NCBI GenBank assembly: GCA_020441855.1
Contig: JAGRLL010000005.1
Span: forward strand, 13,125 to 77,124
Length of the DNA stretch: 64,000 nucleotides
Reading direction: 5' to 3'
Origin: Nitratireductor sp.
GTDB taxonomy: Bacteria > Pseudomonadota > Alphaproteobacteria > Rhizobiales > Rhizobiaceae
The notes under the pieces were generated by a model that had not been told where the DNA came from, made no database searches, and was given only the letters and a program-made list of their open reading frames with translations. Position 1 is the first letter of the stretch, and every line of letters starts with the position of its first letter. Shown one piece after another: positions 27,101 through 35,975 of the stretch. The translations under genes and the position numbers were made by a program.

Positions 27101-30100
27101 TTTCGCGATATCCTCGATCGCAGCCTTCTTCGCTTCGACGAATTCTGGATCGGTCTCGAGATCGGTCGTCAGTTCCGTCGCGTAATCGATCATGCCGGAT
27201 TCGCGCAGGATCAGGTTCATGAGATGTGCATCGACAGCCTGTGCATCCTCGATCTTCATCTTGCCCGACGATGTTCTCTGGTTGAGAATGCGGTAGCCGA
27301 CAGCGTATGCCCGTTCTGCGGCATCTCGCAGCCACAGCAAATTTTCCCTTGCCGGATATCCCATCAGAGATTCGCGGACATCGCGATTGAGCGATGCGCG
27401 GAAACTGGTGCCGTTGTGTCCATGGGCGTAGACCGCATAAATGCCCGGATTTGCCAATTGCATGATGTCGGCAGGACTCAGCGAATGTGAGGACGGGTGA
27501 TTGTGGTGGACGATCAGATGAGCGTCCTCGCGCCTGATCTGCGAAAGCATTTCCTCGGTGAATTGGACGTTGTTTTTTGATCCGGAATTAACGCCTATTC
27601 TGTTGCCATGACCATCGATCATGACGAGGTGCTCAACGCCATCGCGCTTGCCAGCTTCGACGACATGGCGCTTTGCCGCTTCACCTGGGCCATCATAATG
27701 GCCGGCGGCATCCTCGAAGTCCTCTCCCTTGCTGCCCACGGCAACAATGTCCCTACCGGTCAGGACGTTGCGCATCGTGGTTTCGAAGCGTGACGGATCG
27801 AGCGGCACGAAATACCTGCCACGATAATCGATACGCTCGAACATCGCGCCGGCGGCCTGGATCGCGTTGCGGTCGGAATAGGCGTCCTTGGGAACGATCT
27901 CGATGCGCGCACCGCCATCCACCATGGAGGACTTCAATCGCCAGCCATTCGACAACTGGATGACGCCGCCGTCCAGGACTCGTTGCCTGATCTCGGCCGG
28001 GGACATTACGATCTTCTTACCCTCGGCGCCGAGATTGCGCAGCACTTCGGCCACCTGCCCTGTTCTCAGGACGCGACCAAGCAGCACTTCGCCGTCGTCG
28101 GCCTTCATCCTGTAGATCCGCATGTTTTCGCCGCGCGGCAGGCGGTCCCAGATCGGCAGGATCGCACCAACGATCATGTTCACGGTTTCATTGCGGTATT
28201 CCGGTGACTCCTCGACACGCTTGTCCCAGTCCGTTTTCGCTTCCGCCTCTCCGACTTCTTCGTAGGCCGCACCCCAGCCCGTGACGTCCTTGGCGTCGAC
28301 AAGATCGGTGCGCAGCGGCGAGAGCCGGCGGAACTGGTCAATGATCGCACCGGTTTCCCTGTCAGTCCTTGGTTTGGCCTCGACGAAACCGTAGAGCGTG
28401 CCTGAGCGTTTGTTGCGCGCCCATTTCTCGATCTTCTTCCCGCCAAAACCGTCCTTCACCATTTCCCATGTCAGCGGGTCATTGCGGTGCGACAACTCGA
28501 CTTCGACAAGGCGTGTTTCCGCGCCGCTCTTGGGATCGGTGAAGACGACACGGTCATCCTTCTTTTCGGATTTGTCCGCGCGAATGGTTTCGATGCCGAG
28601 ATCAGCGTCGCCACGCTGTTTTGCCGCCTCGATGTTATCCTGCAGCCGGTCGACGAACTCATTGAACAAACGGTTTTGCCGTTCGATCGTCATCGAGAGG
28701 ATGCGATTGAGAAACTGCGGGATTTCTGGAATGGCTGTATCGTTGAACGCGCCGGTCTCGGAATTGATGAGTTTCAGCCCGAGTTCACTGTTGATCTGCG
28801 AAATATCGAGGCCAGGCACATTGCCGCGCGCGATATCGTAGAACATCGTACGCATTGCATCCTTGGCGTAGTCCGATTCCAGATTGTCGAGTGCCGTGAA
28901 CATGCCTTGCGAGCCGGCATCGCGCTGGCCTTTGGTCAGTGCCCCGAGTTGATCCAGTCGTCGCGCGATCGAGGAGACGAAACGCTTGTGGCCCTGAATA
29001 TCGGTGGAAACAGTATAGTAGTGCGGCGCCGAAGCCTGTGCGGTGCGATGCGTACGGCCAAACCCTTGCACTGCCTTGTCCGCGCGCCATCCAGGCTGCA
29101 CCAGATAGTGCTTTCTGCGCTTCTGGTTCCGTTGGGTAAGGTCGGCATGGTAGGATCGCCCTGTGCCGCCGGCATCGGAGAAAATCAGGATGTCCTTGTC
29201 ACCCGACATGAATGCATCGGTTTCGGCTTCGTTGGCCCGGGCGCCGCGCTTTTCGATGACGCGCTTTCCTCCCTTGGTGACAATGCGCCTGCTGCGCCCC
29301 GTTACCTCTGCAACCTTGTCCGCCCCGAAATGATCGATCAGGGTTTCAAGCGGGCCATCTGGAACCTTGATCGTGGACAAGCGATCCAGCAGGTCTTCGC
29401 GCATCGCTACGGCCTCGGCATTCTCGACCGGGTTGCCGTTTGAATCGGTAACAGGTCGCGAGCGCTGGTTTCCGTCCTCGTCGACATAGGATTCATGCTG
29501 CGCCACGGGAAACGAGTTCTGGACGTAGGCCATGAGCTGTTCGCGCGGGGTAAGGTCCAGGTCCTCGAGATCGGACTGGTCCTCGATTTTCGCCAAAGCG
29601 CGCTCGGTCGAGGACTCATTGGTGTTGACGATCTGCATTACAACAGCATCGCCGGCCGCAAGGTCCTTTTCCGCCTGCCTGATCACGCTCGGCATCTGCA
29701 ATGCAGTCAGGACCTGGTTGAAGAACCGCTGGTGCGATCCCCAGAACGCCGATAGCGCCGCCGATTTCGCGTTGGCGTTTGCTGCTCCCTCGGAGACCTT
29801 GAGCGCTTCGTTGACGCGCTCAAGCACGCTCTGCCATGACTTCGCAAGCGTGTCGTAGATCTCGCGCTGCGGCGCGGTGAGCGCGTGTTCCAGTTTCGAG
29901 TAGGAGACGCCGTCATAGGACAGTGAGCGCGCCTGATATGATCCAAGTGCCTTGAGATCGCGGGCAACGAGTTCCATCGCCGCGACACCGCCCTGCGTAA
30001 CCTCCTGAATGAACTTGTCACGGCTGGCAAACGGCGTGCCGAAGCCCCAGAGACCAAGCCTTGAAGCATAGGAAAGGTTCGCGACTTCCGTAGCGCCCGT

Positions 30101-33100
30101 TGCCGAGACATAGACCACTCTTGCATTGGGAAGACGCTTCTGCAGTTCCACCCCGGCGAGCGCGGCTTGTGACGGCTTCTTCTTTCCGCGTTTGCCCTTC
30201 ATCTCAACGGCATTGCCCATATTGTGGGCCTCGTCAAAGGCGATTACGCCGTCGAAATCCTTGCCGAGCCAGTTCACAAGCTGGGCAAAGTTCGAGTCCT
30301 CTTTCTCAAAGGTCTTCGCCAGCGTGGAATAAGTCGTGAACAACACGCCCTCACCTGCATCGATCGGCTTCGAACGATTGACAGACTTCTGGGAGATCAG
30401 CAGCGAGGCATCGCCGCCGGCGCCTTTCATGTCGCGCTTGGCATCATTGAACAGCGGCCATTTTTCCGAAATCCAGACATGCTTCTTTCGGCCCTGGGCA
30501 AGGTTGTCCATGATGATGCCGGAAATCTGGCGACCCTTGCCGACACCGGTGCCGTCTCCGATGAAATAGCCCCTGCGCTCCGCCTGCTCGCCTGCGGGGG
30601 CGGGAAGCATCTCCTCATGCGCCTGACCGGCATAGACCACGTTCTCCAACTGCGCATCGGAAAGCAGGCCATCGTCAATCGTCTTGTCGGGGAGATGCGG
30701 CGCATAGGTCGCCTTTGGCGGGACCACGGAACCCATAGCCGCACTTTGCACGAGCTTGGACGGATGCGGTTTTGCGCCCTTGATACGGGCCCGTTGGGGC
30801 CTGTAGTTCGAGAAGATCGATTCCGTCAATTCCTCGTCGGTCTTCCCGACGTCGGCTGCTTCCTCGACGGTTACGCGCTTTCCAGCATCCTGATCTTTAC
30901 GTTGATCTCCTCGAGGAGATGCGCCGCCGCCTCGATCGGCGTCAACCCTTCCAGCGCTTGCGCGATCTCGTTCGGTTCGTTCTCGGCGTCCGTCACCAGC
31001 CAGGTCAGCGCCTGACCCGGCGTTTTGGCCTGCAATTCCTCCACCATTGTCTGGAACGGTACTGCGGCCAGTTTCGTCGGCTCGATTTCCCCGCTCTCCA
31101 CCGCCCAACTCAGGAGTTGCAGGACGTGCATCTGTGTCGGGTCCGGCGTCTCGCCGGCTCGTCTCAGCAATGCTTCCGCCTTGCGATTCAGCGGGTCCTT
31201 GTTCTGCAACAGAACGGGTGTCATGGACATCTTTGAGCGCCTCGAATAGCGGTTCCAAGGCAACCGCTTCCTGGTTGATCATGGGCCGCGATTGTGTCGG
31301 CCCTGTGTTGTCGATGACCCAGAGCCTTGTGTCGTAGGTCGTATCGAACTTCCCGTATTCCTTTCCGTCGACGCGGACACCGGCCCTGATATTGTATTTC
31401 TTTGCGGTCTCTGCAAACCATTTCGCGACCTTGCGGTTGCCGGAATGGAAGGTGTAGCCCGTGATAGCGACCAGTCTGCCGCCGGGTTTCAGCCGCTTCA
31501 ATGCCTGATCGATGTGCTTTCGCGTGAGATCGGCGCCCTCCGACATGCCCCGCGTGCCGGCATTGCCGAACGGCGGGTTCATGACGACAACATCGGCCAT
31601 GACATCCTTGGGCAGGATGTTGTTCAATTGCTCCGCGTTCTCGGAATAGACCTTGTCGAATCCCATGGCGTTGAGGCTTTCGACCCTGCGCGCATCGATT
31701 TCGTTGACGATGGTCTTTGCACCGGCATTCTTGGCGAACACCGCGATACCGCCATTGCCAGCCGACGGCTCCATTACCGTCTCGCCGGGTTTGATGTTTG
31801 CCAGCCAAGAGGCAACAAAACCGTATTGAGGTGGCGTCGAGAACTGCTGGAATGCATCGGTGTCGGCGTCACGGCTGCGCTGCCGCGGCAAACGGTCAAG
31901 CATTTCGGTCAGTTTAACGAAAGCGTTAACGTGATCATTTGCCGGATTGAACTGGTCTGGGTTCCGCGAGATATACAGGTTCAGGCCGAGTTCCAGCGCT
32001 TCGTAGGCGTCCTTGGTGGCATAGGCTCCCTGTGACACCGTTCCGCCATACGCCCTTTCGACGATGGCGCGGACCCGCTTCTTCATCGTCGGCATGTCGA
32101 GACCATCACCGAACAGGTCGGAGATTTCGCGCGCGGCGCGGACATGCGGCGTACCTTCGCCGGCCGGCGCCGTTTCGTTCCCCGTCGCGGGTTCGTCGAT
32201 CTTCCCGGGCTTCTCTTGCACTTCATTTCGCACCGATGCGCCTGCAACAGGAGCGACGGAATCAAGCCATTTCAATGCGGCTTCCGCTTGTTCCTTCTGC
32301 GCCTTCGGACCCGAGCCCTTGACTGCGTCAGCGAACTTCCCGCGCAGACTCGATATTGCTGCATCAAGCGCTTCCTGCCTTTCCCCGAAGAATGGCGGAC
32401 CGGACAACGGGTTCGTGCCGCCAATTTCGGGTAAATGATAGGCTCGACGCGCCACCCATCGGTTCGGTGCGACCGCCAGGAGTTCTATTTCGGCAATCGG
32501 CGCATGAGCGCCTTTCATCGCGAAGCGATCGCCGTCCTTGACGTCATCGCCGGAGTAGACGCCGCTATCGTTCGGCTCTGGCCAGTTCGCCTCGTCTTCC
32601 TTGGCCTCGCGCAGCACCTTCGCGCGCCGCACGGCGTCATCGAGAGCACCGGCATAGCCTCTGTCGGCGTCCATCTCCATTATGCGCGCAAGTTCGCCGT
32701 GGCCGTTGTCTTTCAGCCATTGGTGTGCTTCGGCCTGTTCTGGGGTGAATGCTGGCTTGACCTCTGCCGTTGGAGGCGGTTCCGTGGCCTCCGGCCCTTT
32801 CCGGGCTATCGGCTCTTCCGGATTGGCCTGCCCGCCTTCCGGTATTACCCCGGCCATGAGTTGGGCCAGCGTGCGCGATCCGGGGGTGCCGCGTCCCGGG
32901 TGCGGCTTGTTCTCTTCGTGTCCACCAACATCGCGTGCGGAGGCATCGGAATTTTCAGCGCTCGGAAACTCCCCGATGATCGGAAGCAGCTCCTTAATCG
33001 GCTTGCCCAAACGGATTATGTCGACCGGCTCGCCTGCATTCCGTTTGGCCAGCCATTGATGGTGACCATCGACAACATGATTGTCACTCGAAACAAGTAT

Positions 33101-34720
33101 TGATCGATCACCACCCTCGAAATTTTCGGCCTTCTTGACCTTCTCCGGCGAGAATTCTGCCTGTGTCGGCTTCAAGGTGTCTGCGGCGACCGTCTCCGAG
33201 GTGTGGCCAACGCCCTTCCCGCCAAGGAAATTCACCATGGCACCGCGATGCTCGGCCTTGATCTGGGGCATGTCCACCCGAGGAATGCCAATCGTTCCGG
33301 ATTCCGGAGAAAATGACTCCCACTCCATGGTTTGCGTTGGAACTTCCCCTACCGGCTCTGCCGGCGGTGGTGCTTTATTCTCGCGCTGACCGACAATGGC
33401 CGATACGATATCGTCGGCAACTGGCCGCTCTGCTCCACGCGCTTCCTGTCCGCTGTTTGCCTGTCCTTCCGCAGGGGCGGGCAACAGATACGGATTTGCC
33501 ACGGGTGACGCAGCATCCTTACGAACAATGTCAGCGACAGCTTGCGCAGGCTGCTCAACAATGTTTTGCGTCGTGGCGGCGTCTGGTTTCTGTCGCGCAA
33601 CATTGTTCAGCGCCACATCGGTAGATGTTTGAACATTGTTTTCTTTCGATTGAGGCTTTGGTTGCGCATCGAGCACGCTTTGGTGCGGTCTCTCGCCGGC
33701 AGGACGGACGCGGTTCGTGGCCTCGTGCCAGAAGCCTGGCTCCTCCTGCCCGGTGGCGGGATCGATGATGCTGATTTCCTGCTCGCCCTGTAACGGCCTA
33801 GAAAAATCGTAGTTCTCTGTGGTCTCTGCTTGCTGCTCCGGCGCAGGGCGCACGACTTCGCCGTCGATCGTCACCGGCTCCGGGGCGGCCTGTTGCACTT
33901 CGGGGCCCGGCGGTAGACCGAGCGGTGGCAGGATTTCGCCGCTAAGTCCGTCCTGCGGCTGCTCGCCGGTTTCCTGACGTGGCGCATTTCCGGCAAGGCC
34001 CATCGTTCCGGAGATCGGCGCACCGAGGATTGCGCCAAGCAGTGCATTGTAGGCGACGTCGTCGGTTCTTCCGCGTTCGGTGTCATAGCCGGCGACATCC
34101 TTGGCGATGACGTTCTGACCGAATTGCTGGAAACCTTCCTGTGCCCCTTCTTCTGCGGCACCCTTGAGCGAGTCCTTGATGAACTTCGTAAAGGCGCTGG
34201 TCATGTCTCCCGCGATTTCGTGGGCGGCCGGCGCCGCGCGGCCCATGAACCTGCCGATCGGAATTGCCTCGGACAGACCCAGCGCAGAGTTGAGGCCGAA
34301 CGCCGTGCTTTCCTGATCCGGTGTAGCCCCGTGCTGCCTGGCCTCATCGAGGCCTGCGAGCCCTTGACTGGTTGATCCGAGCAATGCCGCCAGCCCTGTG
34401 GCAACCTTCGGACCAGCACCAACGATGCCACCGGGGGCCATGAACCCGGCCATTGAACCTGCCCCGGATGCCAGATCCCGCCCGATACCCTCATAAGACG
34501 GATCGATAGGAAATGCCTTGTCGATACCGCCCTCGATGCTTTCTCCGGCCCTGGTCAGCATATCGCTGCCAAACATCTCGCCAGATGCCCGCACCGGAGA
34601 AGCAATGACCTTTGCCAGGGAAGATACAAACCGGTTCGACAGGTCTGCGTCGCTCGTGATCGTCGGTTGCTGCTGCTGACCGAACAGATCGTCGAATTCC
34701 TGCTGGGTGATGACCGGCAT
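24146..34720 (-). CDS. 3524-aa polyvalent protein (ParB-like + N6-MTase + Sbno/SNF2-like helicase + RadC/JAB-like + C-terminal membrane module); DarB-like candidate anti-restriction virion protein
   Basis: One uninterrupted ORF. Motifs were verified at nucleotide level: NPPF at 31568-31579 and DEAH at 30224-30235. See the domain sub-features below. Confidence 0.85.
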   Translation of the reverse strand: MPVITQQEFDDLFGQQQQPTITSDADLSNRFVSSLAKVIASPVRASGEMFGSDMLTRAGESIEGGIDKAFPIDPSYEGIGRDLASGAGSMAGFMAPGGIVGAGPKVATGLAALLGSTSQGLAGLDEARQHGATPDQESTAFGLNSALGLSEAIPIGRFMGRAAPAAHEIAGDMTSAFTKFIKDSLKGAAEEGAQEGFQQFGQNVIAKDVAGYDTERGRTDDVAYNALLGAILGAPISGTMGLAGNAPRQETGEQPQDGLSGEILPPLGLPPGPEVQQAAPEPVTIDGEVVRPAPEQQAETTENYDFSRPLQGEQEISIIDPATGQEEPGFWHEATNRVRPAGERPHQSVLDAQPKPQSKENNVQTSTDVALNNVARQKPDAATTQNIVEQPAQAVADIVRKDAASPVANPYLLPAPAEGQANSGQEARGAERPVADDIVSAIVGQRENKAPPPAEPVGEVPTQTMEWESFSPESGTIGIPRVDMPQIKAEHRGAMVNFLGGKGVGHTSETVAADTLKPTQAEFSPEKVKKAENFEGGDRSILVSSDNHVVDGHHQWLAKRNAGEPVDIIRLGKPIKELLPIIGEFPSAENSDASARDVGGHEENKPHPGRGTPGSRTLAQLMAGVIPEGGQANPEEPIARKGPEATEPPPTAEVKPAFTPEQAEAHQWLKDNGHGELARIMEMDADRGYAGALDDAVRRAKVLREAKEDEANWPEPNDSGVYSGDDVKDGDRFAMKGAHAPIAEIELLAVAPNRWVARRAYHLPEIGGTNPLSGPPFFGERQEALDAAISSLRGKFADAVKGSGPKAQKEQAEAALKWLDSVAPVAGASVRNEVQEKPGKIDEPATGNETAPAGEGTPHVRAAREISDLFGDGLDMPTMKKRVRAIVERAYGGTVSQGAYATKDAYEALELGLNLYISRNPDQFNPANDHVNAFVKLTEMLDRLPRQRSRDADTDAFQQFSTPPQYGFVASWLANIKPGETVMEPSAGNGGIAVFAKNAGAKTIVNEIDARRVESLNAMGFDKVYSENAEQLNNILPKDVMADVVVMNPPFGNAGTRGMSEGADLTRKHIDQALKRLKPGGRLVAITGYTFHSGNRKVAKWFAETAKKYNIRAGVRVDGKEYGKFDTTYDTRLWVIDNTGPTQSRPMINQEAVALEPLFEALKDVHDTRSVAEQGPAESQGGSIAETSRRDAGPDTDARPATPELGGGERGNRADETGRSTVPDNGGGIAGQNAGSGADLAGDGRRERTERDRASAGRVDADRGGGASPRGDQRKDQDAGKRVTVEEAADVGKTDEELTESIFSNYRPQRARIKGAKPHPSKLVQSAAMGSVVPPKATYAPHLPDKTIDDGLLSDAQLENVVYAGQAHEEMLPAPAGEQAERRGYFIGDGTGVGKGRQISGIIMDNLAQGRKKHVWISEKWPLFNDAKRDMKGAGGDASLLISQKSVNRSKPIDAGEGVLFTTYSTLAKTFEKEDSNFAQLVNWLGKDFDGVIAFDEAHNMGNAVEMKGKRGKKKPSQAALAGVELQKRLPNARVVYVSATGATEVANLSYASRLGLWGFGTPFASRDKFIQEVTQGGVAAMELVARDLKALGSYQARSLSYDGVSYSKLEHALTAPQREIYDTLAKSWQSVLERVNEALKVSEGAANANAKSAALSAFWGSHQRFFNQVLTALQMPSVIRQAEKDLAAGDAVVMQIVNTNESSTERALAKIEDQSDLEDLDLTPREQLMAYVQNSFPVAQHESYVDEDGNQRSRPVTDSNGNPVENAEAVAMREDLLDRLSTIKVPDGPLETLIDHFGADKVAEVTGRSRRIVTKGGKRVIEKRGARANEAETDAFMSGDKDILIFSDAGGTGRSYHADLTQRNQKRRKHYLVQPGWRADKAVQGFGRTHRTAQASAPHYYTVSTDIQGHKRFVSSIARRLDQLGALTKGQRDAGSQGMFTALDNLESDYAKDAMRTMFYDIARGNVPGLDISQINSELGLKLINSETGAFNDTAIPEIPQFLNRILSMTIERQNRLFNEFVDRLQDNIEAAKQRGDADLGIETIRADKSEKKDDRVVFTDPKSGAETRLVEVELSHRNDPLTWEMVKDGFGGKKIEKWARNKRSGTLYGFVEAKPRTDRETGAIIDQFRRLSPLRTDLVDAKDVTGWGAAYEEVGEAEAKTDWDKRVEESPEYRNETVNMIVGAILPIWDRLPRGENMRIYRMKADDGEVLLGRVLRTGQVAEVLRNLGAEGKKIVMSPAEIRQRVLDGGVIQLSNGWRLKSSMVDGGARIEIVPKDAYSDRNAIQAAGAMFERIDYRGRYFVPLDPSRFETTMRNVLTGRDIVAVGSKGEDFEDAAGHYDGPGEAAKRHVVEAGKRDGVEHLVMIDGHGNRIGVNSGSKNNVQFTEEMLSQIRREDAHLIVHHNHPSSHSLSPADIMQLANPGIYAVYAHGHNGTSFRASLNRDVRESLMGYPARENLLWLRDAAERAYAVGYRILNQRTSSGKMKIEDAQAVDAHLMNLILRESGMIDYATELTTDLETDPEFVEAKKAAIEDIAKRMEQLINGGKTNIGRANRRTQPARHLGDLAEFLEGSRGSSRKHDQGRDDPKGARRDFEEEEGLRDGFFEDVGKFEEPSASLWHVPDRGTFQILRNANIKLAARFRAAFSAQAMQTAIDKWRVNFQDRFLPVLRVEEAIERFTGDQLPQGMKVYLAEEMYTGRVGSRLDRITRRYVEPIGYLMRESGLNQDDVGEYLYARHAQERNEHIASINPNFEDGGSGMSDAEARGILRDIKSSEQSGAYELIGKLVDRMMRESVRARVDAGLLSEQAAEAWQKYQHYVPLRGFEEVDEADPGIPNVGKGFTARGPESRRALGRESKAGDILATAFTVAQEAVIRGEKNRVVQRLFDLAKAHPNKDYWEINPVRMKQVFNRATGMVYSRAESPIAAGEADKTVSVKFKGVEHRIVINDERLREAIKRLNAEDLNGMLKFMIGFNRFLSTMNTSLNPEFLVSNAIRDLQTAGVHMATMDQKGLTKAVLKDYFGAMRGAWGGLRGKPLTTEWRKVFREFERSGGKVSFYKLDGIEDLRAKFEKISRQMSAKDYRKVWQGIKALGQVIEDMNLAVDNAVRLSLFKNLRERGVSVEDAASAAKNLTVNFNRRGQYATTMNALYLFYNAGVQGSAIMLKAMQHRRARHLAGAMVAGSAALTLLNALFLGEDDENGENEYAKIPEWEKQRNLVVMIPGKDDRGRQNYVKFPLPYGYNVFHTVGRKATEYAMGLSDGAVAMGDIAETFIDSFNPVGGSDSILKMLSPTITDPLVEINQNSDFAGRKIRPDRTKYDDTIPFSQDYYNSVSPLSRHLTAMLNEWTGGNEFKPGKVDLSPEWIDHVGKFIGGAAVSTWWRPVNTTSKLLRGEEINPNDIPFERRVHGRTGAFFDRDIFYSRVDEIEQAAAQTEGFAKKGDRASYDALDDKTKALGAMKTKGYRAMQSKLRDLRKKRNEIYAAKLDAATRSETLKRIEDEEMRIISAFNRAYLQTARRVDGN
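27371..27643 (-). other. RadC/JAB-like metalloprotease motif region (aa ~2360-2450)
   Basis: HHNHPSSHSLSPAD resembles the RadC HNHPSG..PS..D motif, with a spacer one residue shorter. Confidence 0.45.
28961..30703 (-). other. Strawberry-notch/SNF2-like helicase domain (aa ~1340-1920)
   Basis: Walker A GDGTGVGKGR, DEAH box, FSDAGGTGRSYH, QGFGRTHRTAQ (motif VI-like). Confidence 0.75.
31316..31858 (-). other. N6-adenine DNA methyltransferase domain (aa ~955-1135)
   Basis: Motif I VMEPSAGNGGIA and motif IV VVMNPPFGN. Confidence 0.8.
32996..33313 (-). other. ParB/Srx-like nuclease domain of the giant protein (aa ~470-575)
   Basis: LKPTQAEFSPEKV ... ILVSSDNHVVDGHHQW (DGHHR-type motif). Confidence 0.6.
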
Positions 34721-34721
34721 G

Positions 34722-35975
34722 CTACCTCACGACCTCAAGAGAGCCGTCGGCATTGCGGGTCACGATGCGGTCCTTTCCGTCCTTGTCGCGAAACTGGTAG
34801 AACTGGCCTGGCTGCATCGCCTCCACATCTGGCCGCCCATCCTGACGCATCGGAACAATGCCCGTCACCTGTCCCTTTGACCCGACAAAGGAGCGCTCGG
34901 CCGCGGACATTCCGTTTATTCCAAGCATGCGTTGCAGGAGATTGCCGGATTTGTCCGCAGGCATCGTCTGCTGCGACTGCGCAGGGCGCTGTTGAGTGCC
35001 CTCACCTGGTGCGGGCTGTGCCGGAGTTCCTCCCCCGAGCACGCGGAGGAATTCGTCATAACTCGGGTCGCTTGCCCCGACGACGGACTGCCTCGCCGTT
35101 TCGACAAGCTTTTCGAAGCCCTGCCTCGGGCCAATGACATCATCAATGACGCTGTCGCGCCCCTTCGCCGCAATCGTGTCCAGGATTTGCTGTCGCGCGG
35201 CGAGGATTTCTCGGTTCTTCGCCGCTTCGGCAGGGGTCATCTTGCGATTGTAATCGCTGTCGAGTGCGTCAGGACGGAAGTCGCCCGGCATCTGGCGCGT
35301 TTCGCCGGCACGATTGGTCTGGAAGAACACCGGCTTGCCATCCGGGCCCAATGCCTTCCTGGGTTCTCCCCAATTGTCCTGCATGTCGCGATCGAACCTG
35401 CCCTGTGCCCGCGCGTTCTCCTGTTCCTGAATGGCTCGACGAAACGCGGAATCAGAGCGCCCGACGGCAAACCTGCGATCGCTGTCAAACTGGCCATGCC
35501 GACGATTGCCGGATGCATCGGCATAGTCCGTAACGGCCTTGATCATGTCGGGGTCATTGATGCCGGCGAGAACGGAAGCAAGATCGACATCGCCGCGCTC
35601 GTTCATGCCTGATCTGATGCCAGTGATGGCGCCGCGAAGGGCATCGGCCTTCTGGGTCTTCTGGCTCTCCTCGTAGCCGCGCGCTTCCCTGTCACGCTGA
35701 CTCTTGATCAGTCCTAGAATGGGTCGTGCCAGAGCCTGACCCCAGTGCTTCACCGGGGCGCGGGTCTCTTGCCCTATGATGGAATTCACAAGGTCCCTGG
35801 CATCGGGGGACGTTGCTCCTCCGATGGATTGTTTCGGTTGCGCAACATTCATCGGCAAGGAGCCTGGCGCGGCAACCAGCGGGCGAGGTTCCGGGACCGG
35901 AAGCGAAGATGCCGGGCGCGCGGTCAGCGCCGCGACGAGATCGGCAACGGACTGGCTGTTAGGCGTGGCGAACAT
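34722..35975 (-). CDS. Virion-associated hypothetical protein
   Basis: 417 aa, immediately upstream of the giant gene (1-nt gap), within the structural operon. Confidence 0.5.
   Translation of the reverse strand: MFATPNSQSVADLVAALTARPASSLPVPEPRPLVAAPGSLPMNVAQPKQSIGGATSPDARDLVNSIIGQETRAPVKHWGQALARPILGLIKSQRDREARGYEESQKTQKADALRGAITGIRSGMNERGDVDLASVLAGINDPDMIKAVTDYADASGNRRHGQFDSDRRFAVGRSDSAFRRAIQEQENARAQGRFDRDMQDNWGEPRKALGPDGKPVFFQTNRAGETRQMPGDFRPDALDSDYNRKMTPAEAAKNREILAARQQILDTIAAKGRDSVIDDVIGPRQGFEKLVETARQSVVGASDPSYDEFLRVLGGGTPAQPAPGEGTQQRPAQSQQTMPADKSGNLLQRMLGINGMSAAERSFVGSKGQVTGIVPMRQDGRPDVEAMQPGQFYQFRDKDGKDRIVTRNADGSLEVVR

Noticed and set aside
25703-33103. Long plus-strand ORFs (25703-26776, 28487-29443, 30224-31015, 31292-32035, 32435-33103) opposite the giant gene
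   Set aside because: These are typical high-GC shadow ORFs: Arg/Gly/Leu-rich, with no motifs and no SDs. Each is fully embedded in a motif-verified minus-strand gene.
24146-34720. N4-like virion RNA polymerase, suggested by the ~3500-aa size and virion-module position
   Set aside because: No RNA polymerase motifs were recognised. Clear MTase (NPPF), helicase (GKGR/DEAH) and ParB-like motifs point instead to a DarB-like polyvalent protein.
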